A stretch of DNA of 64,000 bases from Octopus sinensis (lineage: Eukaryota): positions 169,446,001-169,510,000 of the forward strand of contig NC_042999.1 of the NCBI RefSeq assembly GCF_006345805.1. Direction: 5' to 3'. The stretch's first letter is position 1; every line of letters begins with the position of its first letter. A model generated the notes under the pieces. It made no database searches. It was given only the letters and a program-made list of their open reading frames with translations, and was not told the origin of the DNA. Below, in pieces: positions 1-14,124 of the stretch. The position numbers and the translations under genes were made by a program.

Positions 1-263
1 CTGGCACCTGTGTCGGTGGCACATAAAAAACACCATCCGAGCGTGGCCGTCTGCCAGCCTCGTCTGGCACCTGTGTCAGTGGCACATAAAATCACCCACT
101 ACACTCTCGGAGTGGTTGGCATTAGGAAGGGCATCCAGCTGTAGAAACACTGCCAGATCTGACTGGCCTGGTGCAGCCTTCGGGCTCGCCAGACCCCAGT
201 TGAACCGTCCAACCCATGCTAGCATGGAAAGCGGACGTTAAACGATGATGATGATGATGATGA
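1..263 (+). mobile_element. Octopus-type SINE-like retroposon with ~60-nt tandem units and RTE-like 3' tail ending (GAT)n
   Basis: gttggcattaggaagggcatccagctgtagaaac...gcatggaaagcggacgttaaac(gat)n. Multiple copies occur in the window. Confidence 0.85.
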
Positions 264-289
264 TCAATAAAACAAATCAGCTTCTTCTT

Positions 290-1030
290 GACATTGCACT
301 TCACTCAATGCACATTTCCTAGGTGTGGTGACATTGAATGCTCCCATTGACTTGATTGCTGCTTCATTTCTGGATCATTCCTGTGTCACCAGTGATGACC
401 TTCAAAGAAAATTCCAGATTAACTTCCAACTGTTCTTTCAGTTGCGACTGCTTTTGATCTTCCGTGAGCAAGAGAGACACAAATTTTGCTGCAACTCCTT
501 TCATTTGCAATTCCTTGCTCAAAATTCCTTGGCAGGAGCTCCAGGATACACCAGTCATATCAATAAGTTTGTCAGTTGTTCAGCATTGGCCCTCCAACAT
601 CCATTCAAGAATTTTCATGTTTTCTTTCGTCTGGGAGGTTGACAGGCGCCTTGAATAAGATTGGTCCTTAAGCAACAAGGAACCATTCCTAAAGCATAAA
701 AACCACTTGTAAAATTGTGTTTTGCTCATGGTAACATCCTTGTTAGCTATTTGAAGCATGACAACTATTTCAGCTGTCATTTTCCCCAGCAGAAAATAGA
801 ATTTCATGGAAGCATGTTGTTCCTTCATTTCAACAATTGCAAAAATTGACAAATAGGGGATAAGCACTGTAAAATAAAGATACACCATGCGGCAGTATGA
901 CTTCACACGATGCTACTAGTTGGCAGACTGATGTCTGAGGGTCACATCAAGTGACTTCTAGTAGTGAAGCCTGAGCTACAGTGAGCTTGTTCCACATAAA
1001 ATGTTTCCAGTTACTTTTGGGTACCTCTTC
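290..1030 (-). mobile_element. degenerate mariner/Tc1 transposase remnant
   Basis: ORFs 580-906 (EQHASMKFYFLLGK...FYKWFLCFRNG, HTH) and 364-558 (KFVSLLLTEDQK...VITGD). Confidence 0.8.
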
Positions 1031-1821
1031 ATAGTTATCAATACATTATATCTAAAAAAAGTAAAGCTTGCCCACAGTAGATAGATTATAAGTCTGTTCC
1101 AACAATCACAACAATTGCTCTACTATCAATATACTGTCTTCTTTCTGTCTCTTCTTTCACCACTACAATAGTCTCTCATCCTCTGAACTAGCAAACTGAA
1201 ATATCCCCATAGTATTTCACCTCTCTATGAGGACCTTTACAAATCACTTTGTCCTCTTTTCTTTACACAGTACTATGTTTGCCTCACAATCTATGTTTTC
1301 CTAGTGATATTTATCCAAAAAAGATGCCTTCATTTATCTTATTCTTATCACTCACACACATTATGTTTTATTTTCTCTCAAGCCTATATTAAATACTATT
1401 GCTCACTCTTCTCTCCCCAAAATCACATCTTCATGTATCTTACATTTACTATTTCAACCACAAAATTATAACAGTTTATTAACCTTATATGATAGCTCCT
1501 ATTTTCCAGAGAGAAGGAAGTGAAAAATTTGTACTTACTGTTCCTCCACTGCAACATTATGCTGCATATATAAATTTTTCTTAATAGCCATTGAAAGCCT
1601 CTATATGGTTACTTGATCTGTTAGAAATAATAGACAAATAACCTTCAGTCTGCACCCTACCATCTTATAAAAGGACACATAAGATATCTTGTCTAGGGTA
1701 GCTTGGAAGTTCTTATAAAACCTTTCTTTGCAGTCTTTCTTGAATTTCAACCAAATCTTCTTCAAATTATACACCAGCTCCTTAAAAGGGAAAAATATAT
1801 CAGCTAATGAAGTTCTACATA

Positions 1822-2218
1822 TCTTTATATATAAAAGAGAGGTTGTGTGTCTGTCTGTCTCCTACGATTTAGATTCCTAACTACTCCCACATTTTGCGGT
1901 GCAGTTTAACCAAAACCGGGTATCTTATAGTCGTGATTCATATCAAGCCCTTCTGGGTATTAGCGTGCATCTACGATGAGTCTACGATTTAAAAAAAATT
2001 TACCATCAATTTTTCACATTTTTAATGCATTTTTGGCATATATAAGGGAAGTAACTCTCTAAAAATTTATTATTAAATCTCAGAACGTAAAAAGCTACAG
2101 TAATACCCCCTCCTTTGTGGTTAGCCATATTGAGATGGCTATTATACTTTACATCTCTAAAAATGCTTATATAGTTATTTCCCTTACAAACCCGAGCAAC
2201 GCCGGGCAATATTACTAG
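1822..2218 (+). mobile_element. non-autonomous Helitron
   Basis: 5' TC, 3' hairpin cccgagcaacgccggg followed by CTAG, inserted between A and T. Confidence 0.8.
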
Positions 2219-3324
2219 TACTATATGAAAATAAAGAGCATGTTCACTGCTGAAATTTCTTTGATCATAGGTCTGATGGATTAGGGCTAAACAAGGGGGA
2301 AAATTACATGTAATCAAGTTAACAAGTCAAGTAATAATTGTCATCAAATGACTCCTAGCAAAGGAAGTGCAAGATACTGGAGCTTGGATAGGAGGCAGTT
2401 TGCATTTGTTTGAGAGTATAGAACCAGAGAAGAGTTTGGCAATGAGCAAACCTTTTTGTGTAAGGAAAGATTTGAATATGGCCCAGGTTATTTACTTGGA
2501 TACTAAGAGGAAATTTAAAATCTAGTTATATCACCACTAAGGTTCTATCCCCTGCTCATTTTTATTCAAGACCTTTAGAAAAAAGAATTCTAGAAATATA
2601 TTGTATAAGAAGTTTTTCCCTTGACTGCCTAATTGTCATGGCAAAATCTTTTAAAGAGCTGTAGAAGTTCAAAGTTTGAACAAATTAAGTCAAGTTCAAA
2701 AAGACCTGGTTGTTAGCTAAAGGTACCTAGCATCAGACGGTATGGTGAACACAGACAGAAGAAATGAACTGCATCATAAAGTAGCTCGCTCAAACAAAGA
2801 AAAGGTAGTAACAGATCTGGACGCATAATTATTCAAGTGGTAATTTCTTTGTGTACTCAGCCATTTTTCTCCTTTATTATTGTTGCTGATAAAAGTAGCA
2901 GAATCTGTTGTGATGGACAGAATTGTATTTCTTTACATTTGGAAATCAAATCACGTCAGGATTGATTTGCTCTCATTGTCCAGGGGTGGGAAAAAAACAA
3001 ATATCTGACAAATAAGTTCCATGGCTAATTAAATCAACTGCATCTCTCCAAAATGTATGGCCTTGTTCCAAGGTGAGAAAGAATTACTATTATTTCAAAA
3101 GAAAAAGTGATGTAGAAATGGAATATCATACTAAATGGCCTGAAGTATTTAGTTTTTTTCCCCCCATTATCCACTAACTTCAAATCTTGTCAGAATAAAT
3201 TTGATTTTCATCATTTCATGATCAATAAAACCAGTATCAATATTATACTGAAGTAATGCATTCAATAATACTACCCACTACAAATCTACGAGTTTGTGTG
3301 AATATAAAAAAAAAAAAATGCATG

Positions 3325-3660
3325 ATTACCTTAGCGAAGGCAGAGGTATTGTTTTCAGTTGTGTTTGTTTGTTTGTCCGTGGACAAGATATCTCAAGAAC
3401 CAATGGATGGATTCGGATGAAACTTTCAGGGATGTTTGGCCTCATGACTGGCACAAACTGATTAGATTTTGGGACCAATCCGGTATCAGACAAGGATTCT
3501 GGATTACTTTTCCTGCTTTTTTACTTATTTTTTGAGAGCGGTTGGGTTCATTTTTAGTATTCTCGTTTATGAAAGAAGTTGAGTTTATTTCAGATATTCT
3601 CATTTTAAAAATCATCTCTGGCTAATTGAGAGGACGTTGGTGTTACCTTGGCAGAGATTT
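3325..3660 (+). mobile_element. Helentron/HINE-like non-autonomous element
   Basis: Starts attaccttagcgaagg, has a gtttgtttgtccgt microsatellite and ends ccttggcagag. The pattern is typical of DINE/HINE-like repeats (recalled). Confidence 0.5.
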
Positions 3661-4182
3661 TAACTTATTGCTTTTATTCGCTAAGTGAAGATAGAACATC
3701 AGACTTCATATATTCAAATTTTAGTATTTCACTATCCTGAGTTTAGTTATAGTCAGGAACAAATGAACAGAATTTCCTCTCCCTAAATTCACTTGAGTAA
3801 ATTTCATCAGAATTCTTTAATGAAATTTATCTATCCCCTATTCTTATTAATGCAAGTGCTTGTCTTGCACACACTGTCCAATTCCCAGTCACTCTCTCAG
3901 CTCACACCAAGCTTCAAATCATACATTTTACAGCATGCTTTAGTGCTTTTTCTCCATGCAGAGCTGTGTGCAAATCATCCCATGGACAAAAGTTGTGCAG
4001 TAGGAAAGAAAAATGTTGACAAATAACTTCCATGTCACACTGAGTGGAATTAGTTAAACAACATCATTACTATCAAAAGAATATCAGCTATTCCTAATTT
4101 GTCCCACTCAGTTCAGGCAGCTCTGTCATATTGAGATAGCCAAGCAGATGATTCTGAGTAAACCAGAATTACCTCTCTTTTA

Positions 4183-4604
4183 TCTCTCTCTATATAAACG
4201 GCAGTTTGTCTGTCTGTGTGGCTGTCAGGTTGTACCCTCACCCTGACCACGGCTTTCAACCGATTCTGATGAAACTTGACACACACATAGCCCAATGTCA
4301 TAATTCAAAACTAACGCAGCGAAAATTTTGAAAAGTTCCCCCAGTTCTGAAAAAAATCGATAAATTCGACATGGGGTCAAGAATCTAAGCTTTTCATATG
4401 CAACACATTTTCTGTTGTAGTTTTCGCAACTTGCAATCGGGAGACAGCTAGGAACATCGTATACACAGAAGTATTCGAGTGAAGAGAAGACATTGCAACC
4501 TACACATGCGCCTTCGTTCCCTAGAGGGAAAGGACTAGATTGGGATTAGTCGTTGCCTACTAGGGGCTCTTACATACCCGGGCAACGCCAGGCTATGCTG
4601 CTAG
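4183..4604 (+). mobile_element. non-autonomous Helitron
   Basis: 5' TC...tatataaacggcag; 3' cccgggcaacgccagg hairpin followed by CTAG|T. Confidence 0.8.
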
Positions 4605-6059
4605 TTGGATATAAGTGCAGTACGGAAATTAATGCATGGTGCACTTGTTTTGCTGTCTAGTTTGTTGTGATAATATTTCAATAGGAGTAGACAAAGTGGA
4701 ATGACTGTATGACAATCTCAATTACTTTAACGAGTGTGTTTATGAAAATTTGTAGATGTTTTATTGTCTGTGTATGTGCACGAGAAAGTGTGGGAGAGAG
4801 AGGGGAGTTTTGTATATGTCTAGATGAAGCTGTCTTTGAATGATAACAGCTGAGGAAAAAGGAAGATAGATAGATAACAGGGAAGAGAGTAAGGAGAAAT
4901 GATTTAATTATTTAGTTTAAGACACTCTTCCAAAGATTTAAGTATGCTTAGTGACTGTCACCACCAACGCTACTATTGCCAGCGCCACCTGCATTTGCAC
5001 CTGCTCCAATATTTCATCTCCTCCACCTCACTGGAGATTCAGATAAAACACTGGCTTGCTAGCAGCAGCAGTAGTAGTAATGATGAAGATGATAATCTGT
5101 TTATCTGTGGCTTATCTCCAGATTAAATAACATTTTCTGCCTCAAGCTACTTAAGAGTGGTAGAAGGAGTAATTAGGTGACAAAATATTAGTTTTGGAAA
5201 TGGGGTAGGTTGTGCAGGTGAGTGGGAATGAAGTGTTTACTTATAGATGGGAGAGGGATGGATTGCCAGAAAAACATGGTGAAGTCTGAGTTGTGAAAGT
5301 GACAAAATGGTGTAAAGACCGGAAATAATTTCAAAGTTCTCAGAACAATAGAACAACAATCAATATTATGAATCTTTGACCTTTTCTTCTCACTGAAGTA
5401 CTTAACACTTAGTATGTGCAGCGAGGATATTCACAACAGTACATATTAAGTTGAAATTGTCTGTTTTGGTTACATTTAATTTTATCATAAGTTTTCATGT
5501 GTGTGTACATTGCACTTTCTTCCTGTCTCTTTTCCATCACACCGTTGATCCATACTCATTCTTTATAATCTTGGATACCCCTAACCTACCCACACACGCA
5601 ACCCATCCCATCACCTTTTCAACTTTATTTCCCCTTTTTCTCAGCCCTGTCACGAATCCCGGTTCAGTGCCATACTTCTGCATCCTTTCTTCCCTGTGTC
5701 TCTGATCTCCCTCATAGGAGGCCTTGCAAGTTATGAGCAATCATCACTAGTAGCATGAAAAAAGCATCCAGTAAATTAGTTGGCATTATGAAGGACATCC
5801 AACCATATAAACCATACCAAAATAGACATTAGTATATGTGTGTGAGTATATGGTTTGAGATGATAGCTGTAAATGAGTATCATTCATTTCCAGTATTTTT
5901 CAAAAACATGCCTGGCCATAGGGAAATATTAACTTGCTTAGAAGTTGGCAACAAGAAATCTATTCAGCCATAAGAATATCTGTCTCAACAAATTCTGTCC
6001 GACCCAAGCAAGCATGAAAAAATAGATATTAAAATAATGGTGAAAGTGATCCATATATA

Positions 6060-6720
6060 TTCACACACCATCAGGGTTCATTCAAGTTACTTTTCATTAA
6101 TGGCCAATATTATATCCTCTTCTTTTATGTCAATATAATCGATGTGTTGAGCTGCTGTCTTAAAGAACTCATCAGGTTTATCTATTTGCATATCTCCTAA
6201 TGGAGCTAATGGAGAAGTGAAAGCAATTTGGAATTGTTTAGTATTTCATTTATCTTTTCAGGATTTGCATTCCGTGAACTGTGGCCCTATCTAGTAATGC
6301 ACTGAAGCTGATACCTTTGCAAATTTGGAGAAGGCCTTAAGACTCATTTTCATATTTTTGAATTTCCCTTGTTTCTCGTTCTTTTCACATAGTTTGTTTC
6401 CAGTCTTTGAAAGTATCTTTTTTTAAGTAGGACTACTCATTGTCATTAGTTTACTTTAGTGATTTGAGATTTTTATTCTTCATCACCTAAGGATTCTTTA
6501 GTCTAGGAATAATATCTCTTTGTGTGGCTCAGTGGCTTCCATTACCAATGCATATTCTTCAAGTTTCATGTCATTGTCTTGCATAGAGAGACTTTCAAGA
6601 TAATCTAGTTTCAGGATCTCTTTTTCAACCAATTCCAAGTCAACTTTGTAGAAGTACAGACTGGATAGGGTTTCGGTTCTTCCTATGTGGTATACATCCC
6701 CTATTTGCTTTGGACCATGC
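6060..6720 (-). mobile_element. highly degraded CR1/L2-like LINE fragment
   Basis: Minus-strand translation includes PDEFFKTAAQHIDYIDIKEEDIILAINE, similar to the linker of the 16.2-kb LINE. Confidence 0.45.
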
Positions 6721-6739
6721 ATTATAAGTTCTGTATTAT

Positions 6740-8095
6740 GGTCTCATGGGTAAGGAACAGAGATATAAATTTTTCTGGGTGGGCAATAGATGGTGTGGGA
6801 GATGTAGGCATACTTTCAGCAGAGAAATGGATAGAGAAGATGATCAAGGTAGTGAGAGTGTGTGACAGGGTAACTAAGCTTGGACCAATCTTGGAAAATA
6901 CAACAGCAACGTTTATTTCTGTATTTACTCCTCAATCAAGATTGGTAGATGACCAAAGGATTGATTTTGTGAGCTCCTTTTGCAGATGATCGCAATGGTG
7001 AGTAACAGTGGCATTATCTTTGTGGTTGGTGACTTCAGCAGACATGTTGGGCAGCAACCCAATAGATTCCATAGTGTACATTAAAGATATAGTTTTGATC
7101 CTAGAAATGAGGAGACAATATGGCTCTTGAAGTTCTGTGATGCAAATAATCTGATGATCTGCATCACTGACTTCAGGAAACCAGTCAGTCACCTGATCAC
7201 CCATCAGTCAAGTGGGCATGCAAGCTAGATTTACTGTTAGAAAATAGGATAGACAAATGCTTTGGAATGCAAAGTCCTTCTCAGGTGAGGAATGTACAAC
7301 CCAACATAGGTCAGACTTAAAGCTAAAAGGACTCAGAGTTGCAAAACCAATCTTGAAAAGAAAATTACGGAAGCTTACAGATTCAATGAACAATCAGGAA
7401 TTTAGAGAAATAGTAACCAAAACATTGAACAAGAAGCTAGAGATTTATAACATGGAAGAGAATTTCCTTTGAGACAAGTTCTTTTGTAGCAACCTAATGA
7501 AAGTAACAAATCAAATCAGTAGCAGGTCCATAGTTTCAGCCAGGCTATCAGTGATGTGGTGGTGGAACAGTGAAGTAGAGAGAGCAGTAAAAGAGACGAG
7601 GCTGGTTTGGATGGATTAGAAGAAATATACTCATGGTTAGAAGAGAAGCTAGGACCTTGCAGTAGGGAGAGAAATGGAAAGAAAGAGGTTTTCCAATAAT
7701 CTACAGTATGAAACCCAGAAGTATGAGATGTTATGGATTACAGAACGGTATAACAGAACTGAATACAAATGGATGATGGTACACATTCACTTAGTGATTC
7801 TGAAACAAAAAAGGCATGGTAGTGCAGCAGTGAAAGGCTGTGGAGAATGCATGGGAAAAAGAGAGTCTTCCTAATATAGACCCAATGGAGGTACTGCTCC
7901 TGGTCCATCAGGAATTACTACTGAAATGTTTAAAATATCTGGTAGAGTGGACTACAACCTAGTCACCCCTATATTTAATCAGGTTGTCCAGGAAGGGAAG
8001 GGGTCATACCCAACAACTAGTGTAGCAGTTCCATAGTCAACTGCTACAAAGGTAAAGCAGGCACTTTAGGCAGAAGTAACTGCAGAGGTATCAAA
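6740..8095 (+). mobile_element. degenerate RTE-clade LINE (APE endonuclease to start of RT)
   Basis: GVGDVGILSAEKWIEKMIKVVRVCDRV..., KSFSGEECTTQHR and APGPSGITTEMFK motifs. Confidence 0.8.
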
Positions 8096-8149
8096 TTTCA
8101 AGAGAAGACTGCAACACTATGACTGCGTTTTGAAATAGTTGCCCAACCA

Positions 8150-9270
8150 CTCAAATGTGAATATTGTATATATCTCAACTTTGTGAGGGCCTATCAAAGG
8201 CCTTCGCAAAGATTTGTAACATATAGAATATGAAAACTAGGAAAGTGACTGCATAACTTTCTAAAAGATAGAAGCCTGGCAGCAGTACCAATGGGAAACA
8301 CAATTATTGTACGGAGTCATTCAGGGCACTTTCTTGGAGCCATTGCTGTTCATAGTAGCCCTCTCAGATATGCCTTTAGCCTCACAGACAGCCACCCTTA
8401 CAAGCTGTGTAGATGATACATATGTCTCACAGAACCCTGGCAACACCACACATCTGCAACAAGAGTTAGATGTAATATACAAGTGTGCTGAGGACAATAA
8501 CATGCAGTTTAATGCTGAAAAGTTCCAAGCCCTGTGCTATCTGCAGGCAAACCTAAATGCAATTGGGCATTGACATGGTTAATGATACAATCTTCCGTAT
8601 GCATATTACTAAGTTGGCAATGAGATGTGGGCAACTAGCTAGATGGATAGAACTTTCAGAACAAGAGAGCAGGACATGGTTTCCTTGAGGACATTTGTCC
8701 TAAGCTGTTTTGAGTATTGCTTTCAACCATGGTCACCACATAGTTTAAATTTAATAGCAGAACTCAAAGCAATCCAACAAAGCTACACAAAGAAGATAGT
8801 CTCAATGCAGCTGATTAACTTAAGACTCAAGAGTTTACATCTCTACTCTCTGGAATGAAGGCAGGAAAGACATGCTGTAAGATCCTGGAAGGACTTTGTC
8901 ACAAACTTTGGCATTGAAAGTTATACTACGACTAGAACATGATTCCATTGCATAGTGCCAAAGATCTCCCCCTTGCTATCAAAATACATGGCCAGATATT
9001 GCAATACCTTGGGATTCATGAGCTTACAACTCTTTGGTATTCTCTTGAAAGACTTTCGAGATCTACATGGGGTAGATGTAGATGTCTTCAAAATAGAACT
9101 TGATATCCTGCTATAAAGAGTCCCTGATGTACCAACTTCACATCAATAAATGCAAATGGGGCCAGTGACATCAGACTCCTTCATTCACCAAATGCCTACT
9201 ATTAAAGAAGGATTAATGAAAATGTAGTAAAACCAATGGTGCTCCAGCCTGACTCCAGCTCTTCAGCTGA
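8150..9270 (+). mobile_element. degenerate CR1/L2-like LINE RT and C-terminus
   Basis: GVIQGTFLEPLLF...VDDT (YADD-like), FNAEKFQ and EYCFQPWSPH motifs. Confidence 0.8.
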
Positions 9271-9589
9271 AACAGACATTTATATAATTAATTGTGCTGT
9301 GTCCAGGATGGAAGCCATACTGTACTTTGGTTAGCTTGGGCTTGACAGTTACTGTACATTTCTTTTCCTGACACTTGGTGTAGATTTTATCCGGGAGGTT
9401 CACCAAGGAAATTCCTTTATAATTAGCACACTCCCTCGTCTCTCTTTTTAAAAATTGGGATCATCTCCTTCTCTAATTAAGGCTTTTATCATCTCAAACC
9501 AAATTTTATCCTCTTTGGTGGCCTTGTTACATTTAAGCATTTTAATTACTTCTAAGAGTTTGTGATTAATGGGTGTCTTCTGGTTGCTA

Positions 9590-9960
9590 TGAACCTATGC
9601 AAATGCCCAAATGATTGTTTCGATTTGAGTTTCTATATAGTGATGAGTTGAAACATTTCAACAAGGGTGTTGGACTTTGACAGGATATATTGTCACTCAT
9701 ATACACTTCATCGTGGTAGTGCACTGTCTCCATATTGAGTTAAAAGCCTCTGATGAATTTCAGCACCTGACTCACCTTCCGACCAGAGAAATTGGATCAC
9801 TGCTCTTTGGTGCACATTGCTGGTGGAGTGGCCATGATTGCACTGTAAAGCGAAAAAGAAATAGGGTGCAATCAGACTTTGATCACATGACCACAATAGT
9901 ACCAACTATAAGCATGCATGCTCAGAAGGGGCTGTGACAATAATAAAGATATGTTACAGT
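9590..9960 (-). mobile_element. mariner transposase N-terminal remnant
   Basis: QRAVIQFLWSEGESGAEIHQRLLTQYGDSALP (HTH of SETMAR/Mos1-like transposases). Confidence 0.8.
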
Positions 9961-11004
9961 GAAAAAGCAGATAATTTTTGACTTCCCCTTGTGTGTGCAT
10001 TTAAGAATTGAGGGGATAATCATAATCCCGGTTATCACCTCATCAGAACATCGATGGCCACATCGTTGGTCAGGGCAGAACAATTAAGTATTAGAAAACA
10101 AAGGAGGAATGTTTCAGGCAGATGCAGTTCATGAGAAGGTGTTTAGTGTGACATCAGAGCTAGGGTAATAATAGATTCCTTATCCCTGTTTCCCTACTGA
10201 TAAAAAAAGGGCATCAAGCTTCAACCTGTGATGCTCAAACTGAACATGAATAGCATCGATTTCACTTCCAGTCTTCAGCCAATAAAAGAGCCTGTTCATG
10301 ATCACTCAACATTTCAGAAATAACCAACTTGCCCTCAAATTACATCCAGCCATCTTAAGAAAATGATGATATCTATGATTTAGCAAAAGTATTTTAGATT
10401 TGCTGTATCCAAACTGTAGCAACAGTAATCACACCAATCTGAAATGGATTGCAAAGGCTATGGGCACTGTCCCTTCTTTCTAAAAACTAATTAAAAAGAG
10501 GAAAAGGATTATTTTTCTAAAGTTTCTTCCTTTGTTGATGAGTCTTCTTTACCAGGGACCCAGCACTGCTGATTTTTCATCCCAACAAACAGAAGTCCTA
10601 CACCTAACCAATGATTCTAATGATTTTCTATAAAAAAGGAAACAGACCAGAGTTTTCTTTGGATATCAGTATTTCACATTTTTGGAACATAACATTTCAA
10701 AATTCTTCAGTTATTAGCAAATAGGTTGCATAGTTTATTGAACGTAGATGAATTTATATCAGTTTGAAGAGTGAGTGTTTTCTAAAATACTTAGGAGTGG
10801 AACCCTTGTGTAACAAGATGCTCTGTTGTCATGGATAGGTATGAGTGACTCATGGTGAAGTTGAGAACATTTAAGGAAGAACTGATACTTGCTCTCAGAT
10901 AAACCTCTTCATATCTCTCCTTCTATCTGTCTTTATCATTTCCTATGTTTGTGTCTCTCATCTCTCTCTCCACTCACACACACATGCACACACTCCTGTC
11001 ATAT

Positions 11005-11398
11005 GGAAGCACTACTTAGCACTCCGTTGGTTACGACGACGAGGGTTCCGGTTGATCCGAATCAACGGAACAGCCTGCTCGTGAAATTAACGTGTAAGTG
11101 GCTGAGCACTCCACAGACACGTGTACCCTTAACGTAGTTCTCGGGGATATTCAGCGTGACACAGAGAGTGACAAGGCCGGCCCTTTGAAATACAGGTACA
11201 ACAGAAACAGGAAGTAAGAGTGAGAGAAAGTTGTGGTGAAAGAGTACAGCAGGGATCACCACCATCCCCTGCTGGACCCTCATGGAGCTTTTAGGTGTTT
11301 TCACTCAATAAACACTCACAACGCCCAGTCTGGGAATCGAAACCGTGATCCTATGACCGTGAGTCCACTGCCCTAACCACTGGGCCATTGCGCCTCCA
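11005..11398 (-). mobile_element. tRNA-derived SINE (OR-like) with 12-bp TSD
   Basis: Head gtggaggcgcaatggcccagtggttagggc...ggtttcgattccc (A and B boxes). TSD ctcctgtcatat at 10993-11004 and 11399-11410. Confidence 0.88.
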
Positions 11399-11548
11399 CT
11401 CCTGTCATATATGTATTAAGTCACACACACATTTACAGATTACTCAAGTTCATTGAGTTTACACACTCTGTCAGTCTCTCTCTATCCTTATCTCATCCTC
11501 ATCTGTGTGTACCAATGAAACCACAGGATACAACCATAATTTCACCAT

Positions 11549-12099
11549 TTACAGTACAATTACTGACTGTTCATTGCTGATTGTCACATGCCTCTCTTTC
11601 TCACTATTTTCCTATCATTACCACCACCACCACCACCACCACCACCACCTCTGCATTTGGCAATCTAGTGTCCCTACAACATATCTACCTTCCTATCAGA
11701 CTCTCCATTCAACATAAATCATCACATGCCTTTTATTCAATACCTTCTAAGACCATTGTTCTCACAAATTCATCTTAATCTCAAGAGAAAGGTGATTTAA
11801 GGAAGCAGTTGATATCTATATGTGTGTGTATGTATCAACTGCCTCCTTAAATCACCTTTCTCTTGAGATTAAAATGAATTTGTGAGAACAATGGTCTTAG
11901 AAGGTATTGAATAAAAGGCATGTGATGATATATGTTGAATGGAGAGTCTGATAGGAAGGTAGATATGTTGTAGGGACACTAGATTGCCAAATGCAGAGGA
12001 GGTGGTGGTGGTGGTGGTAGTGATGGTGGGGTAAAAAAAGAAAATGAGGAAGAGAGGCATGTGACAATCAGCAATGAACAATCAGTAATTGTGTTGTAA
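11549..12099. repeat. long inverted repeat (foldback), ~265-bp arms with an 18-nt loop
   Basis: 11549-11814 is the near-perfect reverse complement of 11833-12099. The ORF track shows mirrored peptides on the two strands. Confidence 0.95.
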
Positions 12100-14124
12100 T
12101 TATATATATATATAAATTCAAATTTAAAGTTAAAGAATTAAGGTTTACAAAGTAGACCTTAAATGCATCTGGTGTTACTGCAATCGATTTGCAACTGGAT
12201 AGAAAGCCCTGCAAAGAGCATTGCAACCCTCTCAGAAGTGGGTAACAATAGAATGTGAGGTGGCCCTGAAAAGGCTGTGTTATCGTTCTCACAATTGTAA
12301 CAATTTGGTAGGTAGTCCTGGAAGAGTGTGTAAAACGTTCGCAGGTGAATACGGTATATTCCTTTTCCACCAACAGCAGCGGACGTGCTGTTACAAAACT
12401 TCATGCTCTGTGAAAACAGAATAGATGCCCTATGGAGGAAAGAGGAGGATTAATCATGGATAAGTAAATACAGGTAAGTTTGAAAATATACAACAATAGC
12501 ATCTACTCACCATATGTCGGAGTGTCGAGGAATAAGAATCCCCCCAGCTTTGTCCCGGACAGAATTGTAAGCGAACTTCTGTTGTGGAAGGAGCTTTGGC
12601 TCATTCTCCGCTATGTACTGGGCAAGCTCATCAACATTATAACATGTCTCACGCAGCAAATCTGAAGACAGTGTGTTTGCGCCTTCCCGGTTTCAAGGTA
12701 GGCCATACACTGCCAACGCACTACCGCCCATATTGAGAACAGTATCTTCGATTTCAAGCAGTACCTTGTTGTAAATGAGGTCACTGTACCCGACCTCCAT
12801 TGATGGATTTAGCAACTGAGCTTGACGCAGGAAATCTTCAGACATAAAGAGGCGGGATCACCCAAGTCGCACCATAGGAATAGAATAGCGAAAAGTGATC
12901 TTAATCTTTTAAGGAATTTTAAGAAAACACCCTCTGCCATAGTGGCACGCCATTGTGAAGTCCACGCCTGAAGCAGGCTTCCCGGAAAGTGTCACATAAT
13001 TCACTGTCAACAGTTCTTATGTGTCGAAAGCTTTGTGGACCAAAAACATCATGGAGGAGAAGGTGCAGGTGAAGACGCACATGCTGGTTGGGAGGTACAG
13101 ACAACTGTTAAACTTGACGCCTGGATGTCCTTGAACATCCTGACCTGACTTCCTACGCATCCAAGCGTTCTTTGACCACACACAGTAGGACGGGACTTGG
13201 GGGTATAAAAGTGTTTTGGCAAATGTGTCAAGTTGGTAAAGCCTAAAGAAACCGGTCAAAGTTGTTTCTTTTGGATTGGCCGCCAATTGTGCATCAGTCT
13301 GTTCAGTAAAGTAAGCCCACTGGCCGTTTTCCAAATGAACCGCTAGTTGTATGATGGCGAGGTTCCTTTGGTGAAGTGGAAACCCAAACATTCGCTGAAA
13401 AGCTTCCCCACTGCTGATATATCAACCTGGCAAGTGCTGCGACACCTCGTCCATGCTATTGTCCTTTTGAAGGCCGAACTTGGCAGTGTGAGTACCCTTG
13501 TTAACATATTTACTTTATTTACATATGTACTTGATTGATTTTACTGAATGACAGAACTCCACATTTATATGAGCGTTGAAAATTTTCATCAGAAAGGGAC
13601 AGTATGGGACCACCCATCTATTATCAAGTTGACGACCCTGTAACGTCATAGTGAATCCCCCATTTGCAGGCCGCCTTCGTCTGTACAGTGGATATCCGTC
13701 GCCGAGACCGCACGGACCATGCACCATGTGTCCTTCATAATGTCATACAGCTGCTGGTCAACAGTGGGGTGACCAACCAAACCAAAATGTGCGCGTTTGG
13801 AGACCCTGTCTTCTGCCACTCAACAGTATACATGTGGCACTTAACAGGCCGAAAAACCTGCCCTTTTTTGATTAAATCAATTAGCTTAGCCAGCTTCTGC
13901 CTGAAAACCTTGGCAATAATATCATGCCGACGGCAGCAAAGGGTGAAAGTTACTTGTACCGAGAAATTTTCTTGGAAAGTATGCGTAAAATTGAAGGGGG
14001 AAAGGTTTATAAAAAAGGCAAATAAATAAACTGACAGGTATTTGTATGTATTAGTGTTTATTGTCTGTCTCTATATATGGTAATAAGTAAATGTGTTTTA
14101 AAAAAGACTTTCAAAAAAACTCAG

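Noticed and set aside
2984-3072. AG...GTGAGA-bounded segment
   Set aside because: Stop codons in all three frames and it resembles a SINE tail.
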